Assembly (NCBI GenBank): GCA_964450885.1
Contig: CAYVFE010000001.1
Coordinates: 160,489 to 224,488 of the forward strand
DNA: 64,000 nt
From: an uncultured Gammaproteobacteria bacterium
GTDB taxonomy: Bacteria > Patescibacteriota > Microgenomatia > Levybacterales > GWA1-39-11
Reading direction: 5' to 3'
Shown here: positions 47,344-56,437 of the stretch, piece after piece
Numbering within the stretch: position 1 is the stretch's first letter
Layout: every line of letters begins with the position of its first letter
Made by a program: the position numbers and the translations under genes
Notes under the pieces: model-generated
Told to the model about the DNA's origin: nothing
Databases searched by the model: none
What the model saw: the letters and a program-made list of their open reading frames with translations, nothing else

Positions 47344-49671
47344 ATGATAAAAATACAACAAAAAATAATAACAATATTACTGATCCTCGTTATGGTAGGA
47401 CGGGCGATAGTGCCATCTGTTGTAGTAGCGCAGGAGTCGACTGAGACAGAAACCCAAACAACGACTACTCAGGAAGAGCCTAAAGAGCCAGAGTCTCCTA
47501 AAGAACCCGAAGCACCTAAGACACCTGAGAGCCCAGAGTCTCCAAAAGAACCTGAAGCACCTAAGACACCTGAGAGTCCTAAGTCGCCTGAAAGTCCTAC
47601 ATCTCCAAAGACACCAGAGTCTCCGAAATCTCCAGCATCTCCAAAGGCACCAGAGTCTCCTAAAGAGCCCTCTAAGCCATCAACTGATGCATGGAAACCA
47701 AAACCACGGGGAAATTATGGCGGAAATAATATCAATTCAAATGAAACGCAGGACGCAGTCCCCAGCACAGGAGCAAATTCAAATGGTAATGTAGGGAGTA
47801 CATCTGTGGATACCGGAGATGCAAATAACGCTGCAACCGTTACGACAAATGGTAATTCAAATCTCGCATCAGGAAATGGTCCAACTAACGGAAGTGCAGG
47901 AGTCGTTAACAGCGGCAACGGAGTACACTCGTCAAATAATGGTTCTGCATCTACAACGAATAACAACAATACAAATCAAAACAATAGTGCAAATGTAGGA
48001 AATAATGTAGAGCAATCATCTATAACCGGTGATAATTCGACGTCTTTTAATGTGGGAGATTCATCGATAACTACAGGGGATGCAAACGTAACTGGAACAG
48101 TCATAACTTCTGTTAATACCAATGTCGACGGAGTGGCTGTCGCGGAATTCAATATAGCAGATGACCATGTGGGAGATATAATTCTTGATTTTGGATCAAA
48201 TTGCGTGCAGGGATGCACTCCTGGATCTCTCTCAGCAACAAATAGTGGCAATGGTGTAGGCTCAAATAATAGCTCAGATGCTAGCACAACGAACAATAAC
48301 ACCACAAACCAGACAAACGATGCTATCGTAGGAAATAATCTGGATCTATATGCAGACTCGGGAAACAATACAGCAAGCTTCAATACTGGTGGCGATTCGT
48401 CGATAACTACTGGGGATGCAAACGTTAGCGCAAATGTACTGACTTTTGCCAACAACAACTTTGCCGGAAATATAATATATGGAGTAGTCAATATATTTGG
48501 AGATCTAGTAGGTGACATAATCCTTACCGAGGAAGCGATGAATGCAGCGTGTGGAGGAAATTGTTATGGACAAAATACAAATGCAGCAAATGCAGGAAAT
48601 GGAGCATATTCAGACAATAACGCAAGTAGTACAAACACGAATAACAACAATACATTTCAATCAAACGATGCGACCATAAACAACAACCTAGTTCTTGACG
48701 CGACTACGGGGGACAATGATGCGAATTTCAATACAGGTGGATCGTCAAATGTGACTACTGGAAATTCATCGATCGATGCAAATGTGCTAAATATCGCAAA
48801 CTCAAATATAAACGGTGGTAACTGGTGGCTGGTTGTGGTAAATGAAGCCGGTAATTGGGTAGGAAAGCTATTTGGAGCAGATGAAAATGGAAATATGGCA
48901 GGATCAACTGGAACGGAATTTGTGATAGATCCTGTAACTGGCGCAGTTACAGCAAAAAATAACGCAAACGGAGTGGGCTCCGATAATACGGCAAACACGA
49001 CAAATACGAACAATAACACGACAAACCAGACGAACACTGCAGTAATTGATAACAACATAAATCTAGGTGCAAACACTGGAGGAAATAAGACCAGCTACAA
49101 TACTGGAGGAGATTCTAACATCGTGACGGGAGACGCAGAAGTGGTCGCAAATATCGTAAACTTTGTGAACAATAATGTAAGTGGCGGTGGTAAGCTTCTT
49201 GTAACAGTGGTTAATGTATTCGGCAGCTGGATCGGTGACTTTGTGACACCAGGGCACGAAAAGGCTCCTTCTACAGCTCAGAATGTAGGCGGATCAAATA
49301 ATAACTCTCATAATAGTTCATCAAATTCATCCAATAGCACAAAGTCAGAAAATTCGGACACAAATGTATCGATAATAAATGCTGGGAATGAGAATGTGGC
49401 ATATGTAGGAGGAGAGATGGGAGACGAAGAGGATTTTGAAGGATTTGGTTTTGGTACAGTCCAAGGAGAAAATACATCCGGAGGAAATGAGGCTACTGTT
49501 GTAAAAACCGTTGGGCAAGACGATTCTGCGGCAGTAGCTGAAAAGACACTTCACATTAATCTAGCATGGCTACTTCTCGCCTTCCCTATGTTAGTTATGA
49601 TCTCGTTACTGAAGAAATCATTTGTTCCGGTAAAGACACTTGCACTAAAAGGTATACATCTATTTCTATGA
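47344..49671 (+). CDS. Secreted repeat protein (paralog 2): signal peptide, (E/S)PKxPE linker, four ~110 aa Asn/Thr/Gly-rich repeats, C-terminal hydrophobic segment
   Basis: Linker PKEPESPKEPEAPKTPESPESPKEPEAPKTPESPKSPESP. Repeats NSGNGV.S.N...TTNNNTTNQTN...TGDN..SFNTGGDS.ITTGDA.V.ANV. C-terminal LAWLLLAFPMLVMISLLKK. Confidence 0.7.
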   Translation: MIKIQQKIITILLILVMVGRAIVPSVVVAQESTETETQTTTTQEEPKEPESPKEPEAPKTPESPESPKEPEAPKTPESPKSPESPTSPKTPESPKSPASPKAPESPKEPSKPSTDAWKPKPRGNYGGNNINSNETQDAVPSTGANSNGNVGSTSVDTGDANNAATVTTNGNSNLASGNGPTNGSAGVVNSGNGVHSSNNGSASTTNNNNTNQNNSANVGNNVEQSSITGDNSTSFNVGDSSITTGDANVTGTVITSVNTNVDGVAVAEFNIADDHVGDIILDFGSNCVQGCTPGSLSATNSGNGVGSNNSSDASTTNNNTTNQTNDAIVGNNLDLYADSGNNTASFNTGGDSSITTGDANVSANVLTFANNNFAGNIIYGVVNIFGDLVGDIILTEEAMNAACGGNCYGQNTNAANAGNGAYSDNNASSTNTNNNNTFQSNDATINNNLVLDATTGDNDANFNTGGSSNVTTGNSSIDANVLNIANSNINGGNWWLVVVNEAGNWVGKLFGADENGNMAGSTGTEFVIDPVTGAVTAKNNANGVGSDNTANTTNTNNNTTNQTNTAVIDNNINLGANTGGNKTSYNTGGDSNIVTGDAEVVANIVNFVNNNVSGGGKLLVTVVNVFGSWIGDFVTPGHEKAPSTAQNVGGSNNNSHNSSSNSSNSTKSENSDTNVSIINAGNENVAYVGGEMGDEEDFEGFGFGTVQGENTSGGNEATVVKTVGQDDSAAVAEKTLHINLAWLLLAFPMLVMISLLKKSFVPVKTLALKGIHLFL
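47491..47580 (+). repeat. 45 bp tandem duplication encoding ESPKEPEAPKTPESP, inside repeat-protein gene 2
   Basis: The 45 bp at 47491-47535 are nearly identical to 47536-47580. Degenerate further copies follow up to about 47670. Confidence 0.6.
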
Positions 49672-50786
49672 TACGAAAGGCAGCATTGTTAATAATCTGC
49701 CTGCCCATCCTGACCCAAACACTTAGCCAACAAGTTCTGGCAGAGCAAATAACTATCGTGGTGGAAGGAAATGGCTCAGGTTCTTCAAATGAAGCAAATG
49801 TAAAAGTAGAAAAAGAAACGACGGTCAGTCAGAATAACGAAGCAAATATTAACAATAATGTAGATGCGAATGCCAATACCGGTGATAATTCTGTAAACGG
49901 CAACAGTGGAGACGCAAACATCCAGACAGGAGATGCAAATGTTACGACAAACATAAATAACGAAAATATCAACACAAATTCTGCAGACATCAATAATTGC
50001 TGCAATGGAGATACTAGCATCAAAGTTTCAGGAAATGGATCAAATTCGACAAATGTTGTGAACAGTAACCAGTATTCAGGAAATACGGTGAATCAGACCA
50101 ACAAAGCGAATATCGGAAACAACGTCAACATAAAGGCAAATACCGGGAACAATACTGCAAATTACAACGGTGGAGATGTATTCATCAAGACGGGGAATAT
50201 AAAATCGACGACAAATATCTCAAACAAGAACATAAATAATAGTTATGCGCTATCTAATACAGGAGTTGGCGGAGCGTCTGTTGTAATAATCGGAAATGGC
50301 TCTAATTCTGTAAACATCGTAAATCAAAACGATATCAATAGCACAGTAACCAATGTGGTAAATATCGCAAATATAAATAACTATGTGAGAGAGGATTTGA
50401 ATACAGGAATCAATAAAGCAAAAGGAAATCTGGGGGATGTGGCCATAATTACGGGAGGTATTGAGAGCGTTATAAATATCAAGAATGAGGATATAAATAC
50501 CAGTACTGCGATAACTACATGTCTTTGTGATACAAAAACTCCTGAGGAGCCTGAGAATCCCGAAGAGCCAGAGAACCCCGGAAATGGAAATCCTCCTGGA
50601 TCAACAGTCCAATCTGCAAATGGAAGTAGCAATGGGGGAAATGGTGGTCCAGCTGGAGCAGTGCTTCCGATAACCGGAGGACTACCTTTCACATATATAT
50701 TTACTCTTGTGCTATTTCTAATGTTTCTGATGGGTCTGTATCTGCGTTTTTATTCTGGAAAATCTCCGCCGGCAGTTGCCAAGTAA
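49668..50786 (+). CDS. Repeat protein (paralog 3) with C-terminal LPITG sortase sorting signal
   Basis: Start at ATG 49668, overlapping the upstream stop (ATGA). Signal peptide MIRKAALLIICLPILTQTLSQQVLA. C-terminus ...AVLPITGGLPFTYIFTLVLFLMFLMGLYLRFYSGK is LPxTG plus a hydrophobic segment plus a basic tail. Confidence 0.7.
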   Translation: MIRKAALLIICLPILTQTLSQQVLAEQITIVVEGNGSGSSNEANVKVEKETTVSQNNEANINNNVDANANTGDNSVNGNSGDANIQTGDANVTTNINNENINTNSADINNCCNGDTSIKVSGNGSNSTNVVNSNQYSGNTVNQTNKANIGNNVNIKANTGNNTANYNGGDVFIKTGNIKSTTNISNKNINNSYALSNTGVGGASVVIIGNGSNSVNIVNQNDINSTVTNVVNIANINNYVREDLNTGINKAKGNLGDVAIITGGIESVINIKNEDINTSTAITTCLCDTKTPEEPENPEEPENPGNGNPPGSTVQSANGSSNGGNGGPAGAVLPITGGLPFTYIFTLVLFLMFLMGLYLRFYSGKSPPAVAK

Positions 50787-50796
50787 CTTAATCCTT

Positions 50797-50818
50797 AAAC
50801 CCCGAAAGGGGTTTTTTG
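50797..50818 (+). terminator. Intrinsic terminator after the LPITG protein gene
   Basis: aaacccc gaaa ggggttt followed by tttt. Confidence 0.5.
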
Positions 50819-50869
50819 ATGCCTTAAATTAGATTTGCTTTATATAGCTTCATAAATTAACATACCCAT

Positions 50870-51427
50870 ATGAATACAAGAGTTCAAAAAATGCTGGGAA
50901 ATATACTTATTGTACTTTCGCTATCAGGATTATTATTCATATATTATCCATTACTAAAGGAGCTTTTCTTCCCCCCGATTTATACAGTAGAGGAAAAGGA
51001 GAGTCTCGATTTTTCCGTAGAAATACCTTCGATAGGCGTTTTTTCAAAAGTTATCGGTGATGTTGATCCATTTGACCAGTCAGAATACATAGAAAGCCTG
51101 AAAGATGGTGTAGCTCATGCTCTTGGGTCTAAAAAGCCAGGAGAAAACGGTACAGTGTATCTATTTGCGCATAGCTCTGACGTGCCGTGGAGAATTACCC
51201 GTTATAACACAGCATTTTTCAAACTCGGAAATACGAATTCAGGAGACAGGGTTGTCGTCAGAAATGATGGAAAAAAATTCGTCTATGAAATCTTTGATAA
51301 AAAGGAAGTCTGGCCGGACGAGATAGAATATTTGACGCAGGATCAGGGGGACATATTGATCCTCCAGACGTGTACACCTGTAGGAACCGCTCTTCGCCGC
51401 CTTCTGGTATTTGCAAAACCTATATAA
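50870..51427 (+). CDS. Sortase (class unassigned)
   Basis: N-terminal TM anchor. Conserved His in LFAHSS, catalytic Cys in LILQTCTP (TLxTC motif), downstream Arg in ALRRLLVF. Confidence 0.75.
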   Translation: MNTRVQKMLGNILIVLSLSGLLFIYYPLLKELFFPPIYTVEEKESLDFSVEIPSIGVFSKVIGDVDPFDQSEYIESLKDGVAHALGSKKPGENGTVYLFAHSSDVPWRITRYNTAFFKLGNTNSGDRVVVRNDGKKFVYEIFDKKEVWPDEIEYLTQDQGDILILQTCTPVGTALRRLLVFAKPI

Positions 51428-51463
51428 AAAACAAACCCTTTCTTTGTACTTCAGAAAGGGTTT
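51425..51463. terminator. Terminator between convergent sortase and repeat-protein paralog 4 (strong for the minus strand)
   Basis: Perfect 11 bp stem aaaccctttct / agaaagggttt with 9 nt loop. An A-run on the plus-strand 5' side gives a U-tract for the minus-strand transcript. Confidence 0.5.
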
Positions 51464-51486
51464 GAAATAACTATTAAGCGTCCTTA

Positions 51487-52152
51487 TTAGTTATTTGTAT
51501 TAGATGATCCTTCTACAGTTACACCTACTGTTGAGTTGGTTCCACCGCTTGTGATTGAAGATCCACCGCCTACGTTAAAGCTTGAGCTATTGCCGCCGGT
51601 ATTGGATCCGACAACTATATTAGTATTTGCAATAGTAGTATTGCTTTGGTAGGTTGACTTGCTGTTTTTGTTTACTAAAACTACGGAATTTTTGCTGAAC
51701 GCTCCATTTCCAGAAATAGTCGTAGTATTTGATCCCTCTTCGCATCCGCAGTCGTCAGTATTTGTGTTGGTATTACCTGTCACAGTTACAGTCGCATTGG
51801 TAGTTACTCCTCCTGTAGTGATAGTATTATTACCTCCTACATTGAATGAAGATTTATTCTTTCCAGTGTTGGAAAGTATTCCTACATTCGTATTTGCGAC
51901 AGTAGTGTTGTTCTGGACTACACGGGTCTTTTTCTTGTTAAAGATCCATGCATGATTCCATGAAAAAGCACTATTGTTTTTGATCTCAACGTTATTGCTT
52001 GCCGCAAATGAGCTTGCAGGAGCAAAAACAGCTGCTGCCATACTTCCGATTACAGCTGCAGTAGTTAATTTTTGTTTTATATTCATTTGATTCACCTCCT
52101 TCCTAGAAAAATCCTGCCAACCATATGTGTATTTGTACAAAAAAACAGCCAA
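51487..52152 (-). CDS. Secreted Asn/Thr/Gly-rich repeat protein (paralog 4), no anchor
   Basis: RBS aggaggtgaatcaaATG on the minus strand. Signal peptide with AxA site. Repeats NTTVANTNVGILSNTGKNKSSFNVGGNNTITTGGVT. Cys pair DDCGCEEG between repeats, as in paralog 1. Confidence 0.65.
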   Translation of the reverse strand: MAVFLYKYTYGWQDFSRKEVNQMNIKQKLTTAAVIGSMAAAVFAPASSFAASNNVEIKNNSAFSWNHAWIFNKKKTRVVQNNTTVANTNVGILSNTGKNKSSFNVGGNNTITTGGVTTNATVTVTGNTNTNTDDCGCEEGSNTTTISGNGAFSKNSVVLVNKNSKSTYQSNTTIANTNIVVGSNTGGNSSSFNVGGGSSITSGGTNSTVGVTVEGSSNTNN

Positions 52153-52388
52153 AAAAAAGGCTGTTTATAATTTTCTGTAGCAAATGACTATCATAGGCAG
52201 GTTCATAAAAGACTTAGATAAAATCTTTTTAGATTAAAAGGTCTTTAAATAAATGGCAAGAAATTAAAGACTGGGGCAAGATTAAATGCCATTATATGCT
52301 AGCTTCTGCCACGTCCGTCAAGAGAGACTAACTGTATGTTTTTATAATAAAAAGGCTCAGTTTTGTTTTCACGGATATCTTGTTATTC

Positions 52389-52417
52389 TTGACTTCTTAG
52401 GCTAATTTTAGTATTAT
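52389..52417 (+). promoter_or_regulatory. Sigma70-like promoter (TTGACT-N17-TATTAT) for the nusA operon
   Basis: ttgact at 52389-52394, 17 nt spacer, tattat at 52412-52417. Confidence 0.35.
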
Positions 52418-52473
52418 AAAGCTAAAGTTTCCGATTATTTAGAAGCTTTACCAATCAAAACTAAATAGATACG

Positions 52474-52501
52474 GTGGGAAGAAATTTGCCCACCTTTTTT
52501 T
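52474..52501 (+). terminator. Leader intrinsic terminator 8 nt upstream of the nusA start codon (attenuator candidate)
   Basis: ggtggg agaaatttg cccacc followed by ttttttt. Confidence 0.5.
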
Positions 52502-52509
52502 ATAAAAAT

Positions 52510-53544
52510 ATGGCTGTAATACAACGAAGTGAATTTGCACTAGCACTAAATCAAATCGCATCAGAGCGAGGAGTTCCTGTGGAGACGATAATGGATAGCA
52601 TAAAATCCGCAATACTGGCTGCCTACAAAAAGGACCATGTTGTTTCCGAAGATGAGGACGAAGATAAAGAGATGGAAGGGGTAAGTGCTTCGCTAAATGA
52701 AAATACTGGAGAAACAAAAATAGTAAAAGACGGAAAAGACATAACACCTCCAGGCTTTGGTAGGATCGCAACCCAGACTGCAAAGCAAGTACTTTTGCAG
52801 ACTATCCGTGAACGTGAGAAAGATGCGATCCTAGCAGAATATAAAAAACGATTGGGAACTGTAGTAAATGGAATGATCCTGAGGTTTTATGGCCCCACGA
52901 TAATCGTTGATATAGGAAAAGCAGAGGCTATTATTCCTCAAGAGGAAAGAATCCCCAATGAGTCATATTTTTTGAATAAAAAAATAGCAGTTTATATCAA
53001 GGAAATTCAGGAAGACAGCACGCGTGGACGAGAAATAGTTGTGTCCAGAACCGATCCGGGACTTTTGGAAGGGCTTTTGAAAAGAGAGGTTCCAGAAGTA
53101 AGCTCTGGTAGCGTTATCATCAAAGAGGTTGTCCGTGAGCCTGGAAGCCGAGCAAAGATCGCAGTTTACTCAGAGCAACCAGGGATTGACCCAGTGGGTA
53201 GTTGCGTAGGTCAAAAAGGGGTAAGGATTCAATCAATAATTGATGCTGTAGATGGACTTGAGAAAATTGATGTTATCCAGTGGAACAGTGATCCCGAGCG
53301 ATTTATCGCAAATTCACTTTCGCCGGCAAAAGAAATAACTGTAAAACTTGATGCAAAAGAAAAAACAGCATACATAAAAGCGCCTCAAGAAGAGCTCCCT
53401 CTTGTCATAGGACGTGATGGACAGAATGTGAGGCTTGCTTCAAAATTGACAGGATATACGCTTGAAGTTGTTGGTGGAGAGAAAGAAAAGAAAGAAGCCG
53501 AAAAAATTGCAACCGATTTTGACGCATCACAAAGTGAAAAATAA
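52510..53544 (+). CDS. nusA: Transcription termination/antitermination factor NusA (no C-terminal acidic repeat domains)
   Basis: Start at ATG 52510 (MAVIQRSEFALALNQIASERGVPVE). S1 and two KH regions (VGSCVGQKGVRIQSI, IGRDGQNVRLASKLTG). Confidence 0.9.
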   Translation: MAVIQRSEFALALNQIASERGVPVETIMDSIKSAILAAYKKDHVVSEDEDEDKEMEGVSASLNENTGETKIVKDGKDITPPGFGRIATQTAKQVLLQTIREREKDAILAEYKKRLGTVVNGMILRFYGPTIIVDIGKAEAIIPQEERIPNESYFLNKKIAVYIKEIQEDSTRGREIVVSRTDPGLLEGLLKREVPEVSSGSVIIKEVVREPGSRAKIAVYSEQPGIDPVGSCVGQKGVRIQSIIDAVDGLEKIDVIQWNSDPERFIANSLSPAKEITVKLDAKEKTAYIKAPQEELPLVIGRDGQNVRLASKLTGYTLEVVGGEKEKKEAEKIATDFDASQSEK

Positions 53545-53577
53545 AGATATGAATTCGCTTTTGCATCTATTCATAAT

Positions 53578-55056
53578 ATGGGAAAGAAAAAAGAGCAACA
53601 AACAACTCGCACGTCGCATCCTCCAGTAGTATCTGTTTTAGGTCACGTTGATCACGGAAAAACTACGCTACTTGATACCATAAGAAAGACTAATAGGGCA
53701 GACAGGGAGGCTGGTGGAATTACCCAGTCGATAGGTGCTTCGTCGATCAAACTAGATCACGAGGGAAAAAAACGTGAAATAACTTTCATAGATACACCAG
53801 GCCACGAGGCTTTCTCGAATATGCGTTCATATGGGGTAAACGGAGCAGATATAGTCCTTCTAATAATTGCTAGCGATGACGGAATAAAACCTCAGACGAA
53901 AGAATCGATTGATTTGATTTTAAAATCTGGGTTGGATTTTATTGTCGTTTTTACAAAATCAGATGCTCCTGGAGCAAACCTAGAAAAGGTGAAGCAGGAA
54001 GTTTTAAAATCCGGAATCCTTTTGGAGGGACTTGGTGGAAATACGCCATTTATCTCAGTTTCCGCAAAAACAAATACGAATATCAAAGAGCTTTTGGATC
54101 TGATACTTATAGTTTATGACATAAAAGAGAACAAGAAAGACGCAGGCGGGGAATTTCAAGGGGTTGTTATCGAATCTCAGCTTGATAAAAGACGCGGACC
54201 TGTATCGTCAGTAATCGTAAAAAAAGGAACGATAACGAGAGCAAGCAAGCTATATGTAAAAGATAAAGAGGTTGGAAGTGTTAGGGCACTATTTAACACA
54301 GAGTCAAAACCTGCAGCATCAGCTTATCCAGGTGACGCAGTTGAAATACTAGGAATATCTACTGTTCTTCCTGCGGGTAGTGTTTTGTATTCTCAGCCTC
54401 AAATAGAATCGGAAAAAGAACAAGGCCCGACAGCTCTTTCCGATGTTTCTCATCACGATTTGTTAAAAAGAATCCAGATGCAGTCCCAAGATAAGTTGCC
54501 ACTTATCCTAAAGACCAGGACGAGCGGAGAGTACGAGGCGATAGTCGAGTCGATGCCGGATGATGTAGAGATAATTTTTGAGGGTAGGGGAGATATAGTC
54601 GCATCGGACATCATGATGGCCAAGGACTTTTCAGCGATTGTTGTCGGCTTTAATGTCGGAATCGAAAAACAGGCGGAGAGTATCGCTATCTCGCAGGGGA
54701 TCTTTTATAGGAATTATACAATTATCTATAAGATGCTTGAGGAGATAGAGGATGCTGCTCAGATGCTGCTTGAACAGGGAATGAAAAAAATTGCCGGTAA
54801 GGCAAAGATACTGGCTCAATTTGAAGGAACGACAGGAACGATTATCGGAATTAGGGTTGATGAGGGAAGGGTTCAGATAGGAGACCTAATCCAGAGAGAA
54901 GATACGGATGATACTATAGGTAAGATTTCTACGATAAAGCAGGGAAAAGAAGATGTAAAACAAGTCGGCAAAGGTAAAGAATGCGGAATCATGTCAGACA
55001 CGCCGATTGACTTTACTATAGGTGATATGTTAATATTCCTCTCAAATAAAAAATAA
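53578..55056 (+). CDS. infB: Translation initiation factor IF-2, minimal form beginning at the G domain
   Basis: PVVSVLGHVDHGKTTLLD (G1), DTPGHEAF (G3), TKSD (G4). 492 aa with no N-terminal extension. Confidence 0.9.
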   Translation: MGKKKEQQTTRTSHPPVVSVLGHVDHGKTTLLDTIRKTNRADREAGGITQSIGASSIKLDHEGKKREITFIDTPGHEAFSNMRSYGVNGADIVLLIIASDDGIKPQTKESIDLILKSGLDFIVVFTKSDAPGANLEKVKQEVLKSGILLEGLGGNTPFISVSAKTNTNIKELLDLILIVYDIKENKKDAGGEFQGVVIESQLDKRRGPVSSVIVKKGTITRASKLYVKDKEVGSVRALFNTESKPAASAYPGDAVEILGISTVLPAGSVLYSQPQIESEKEQGPTALSDVSHHDLLKRIQMQSQDKLPLILKTRTSGEYEAIVESMPDDVEIIFEGRGDIVASDIMMAKDFSAIVVGFNVGIEKQAESIAISQGIFYRNYTIIYKMLEEIEDAAQMLLEQGMKKIAGKAKILAQFEGTTGTIIGIRVDEGRVQIGDLIQREDTDDTIGKISTIKQGKEDVKQVGKGKECGIMSDTPIDFTIGDMLIFLSNKK

Positions 55057-55071
55057 AGTAATTTACTGCTT

Positions 55072-56130
55072 ATGAATCAGTCAAATTTAGTTCAGGAAAT
55101 ACTAAAAATCCGCAATCTTCTGCAAAATAATACTATAGGTATCGTTTTGGGAGATAGATTGAATTTGGATACTGCAGCTGGAGCTTTGGGACTCTACCTT
55201 TCGCTTATTGAGGCTGGAAAAAAGCCACAGATAATTTCAAAAAAAGAACCGACAGTCGAGATAGCAAATCTTGTAGGAATTAACAAGATAAAGAAAAACT
55301 TCTCAGGAGATTCAAACAGAGTGGTCGTGTCTCTTCCTTACAATAGAGGAGAGGTTGGGAAAGTTTCGTATAAAGAAGAAAACGATAGAATAAATTTCTA
55401 TTTGACCGCAGTAGACGGAAAATCTATTAGTCAGTACGACACAAATGAGATAAATCTTATCTGGGATGGTGCCATGCCGAGTGTGATATTTGCTTTTGGC
55501 ATATCAAATCCTAGTCAGTTGACTGAATATGTCGATTCAAAAGGATCATCGCTTAAGGTTATTAATATCGATAATTCCGGAGAATCTTTCGGAGACGTTT
55601 CTTTGGTGGACAGCTCCTTTTCTTCCGTATCTGAAATTGTTGCGAAGGTAATCAAAGAACTGCGCCTTCCTATGAATATAGATATCTCTCAGAACTTACT
55701 TGATGGAATACTTTATTCAACAAGAAATTTTACAAAGCCCAATAGCAGTGCATATGCATTCGAAGCAACAGGTGCCATGATGCAGCTTGGAGCTATCAGA
55801 TCCGACAATAGAAATACTGGACGTCAAGGAGGATCACAAAATAGACAAAGTCAGCAGTTCAATCAGAATAGGAATCAGTCAAATCAAAATAGATCCAATA
55901 ATCAGCCTTTTCAAAATATGAATAATTCAAACCAATCAAATCCGCAAAATAGAAATGTAAGACAAGACACATTGAGAAATGATGTCACATCTCAGAATGA
56001 TACTTTCGAATCGAATTCGATCGTAACACCTGTTGATTCAAATCAACCTCAAGATGACCAGGATATCCCATCAGATTGGCTTATGCCAAAGGTCTTCAAA
56101 GGAAGCCAAAATATCGATGATTTGAAATGA
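55072..56130 (+). CDS. NrnA/DHH-family homolog with degenerate catalytic motifs and a Gln/Asn-rich tail
   Basis: DHH-domain layout is recognisable (IGIVLGDRLNLDTAAGALG in the motif I position, VINIDNSGE in the DHH position, LDGILYSTRNFTKPNSSAYAFEATGAMMQLGA in the linker pattern). Metal-binding His and Asp residues are replaced. The C-terminal 110 aa are Q/N/S-rich. Confidence 0.5.
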   Translation: MNQSNLVQEILKIRNLLQNNTIGIVLGDRLNLDTAAGALGLYLSLIEAGKKPQIISKKEPTVEIANLVGINKIKKNFSGDSNRVVVSLPYNRGEVGKVSYKEENDRINFYLTAVDGKSISQYDTNEINLIWDGAMPSVIFAFGISNPSQLTEYVDSKGSSLKVINIDNSGESFGDVSLVDSSFSSVSEIVAKVIKELRLPMNIDISQNLLDGILYSTRNFTKPNSSAYAFEATGAMMQLGAIRSDNRNTGRQGGSQNRQSQQFNQNRNQSNQNRSNNQPFQNMNNSNQSNPQNRNVRQDTLRNDVTSQNDTFESNSIVTPVDSNQPQDDQDIPSDWLMPKVFKGSQNIDDLK

Positions 56131-56159
56131 GCCTCACGCTCTGGTAGAATATACATCTT

Positions 56160-56429
56160 ATGCCACTTACAACGACAGAAAAACAAGAAATAATAAAAAG
56201 CTACGCAGTAGGCGATGGCGATACCGGGAGTCCTGAGGTTCAGATTGCACTTCTGACTAACCAAGTCCAAAAGCTTACCGACCACCTAAAACTACATCAC
56301 AAAGATGTTCATAGTAGAAAAGGACTTCTAAATATGTTATCAAAGAGAAGAAGGTTATTTACCTTCCTTGATAAAGTGGATAAGAAACGTGCCGAAATTA
56401 TCGCTGATAAAGTCGGCATGAAAAAGTAA
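56160..56429 (+). CDS. rpsO: 30S ribosomal protein S15
   Basis: 89 aa. GDTGSPEVQIALLT...HLK.H.KD.HSRRGLL pattern. Confidence 0.93.
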   Translation: MPLTTTEKQEIIKSYAVGDGDTGSPEVQIALLTNQVQKLTDHLKLHHKDVHSRKGLLNMLSKRRRLFTFLDKVDKKRAEIIADKVGMKK

Positions 56430-56437
56430 GGAACTGA

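Noticed and set aside
49566-49667. Upstream start at 49566 for repeat protein 3
   Set aside because: It overlaps the C-terminus of paralog 2 by about 100 nt. The ATG at 49668 gives an ATGA stop-start overlap and begins a canonical signal peptide.
52474-52509. GTG start at 52474 for nusA
   Set aside because: It would place the start codon inside the stem of a terminator hairpin. The conserved NusA N-terminus begins at the ATG at 52510.
53578-55056. IF-2 5' truncation or pseudogene
   Set aside because: The ORF starts cleanly at the G domain, with a short gap after nusA, and is intact through the C-terminus. A minimal IF-2 without N-terminal domains is plausible for a reduced genome, so it is not called a pseudogene.
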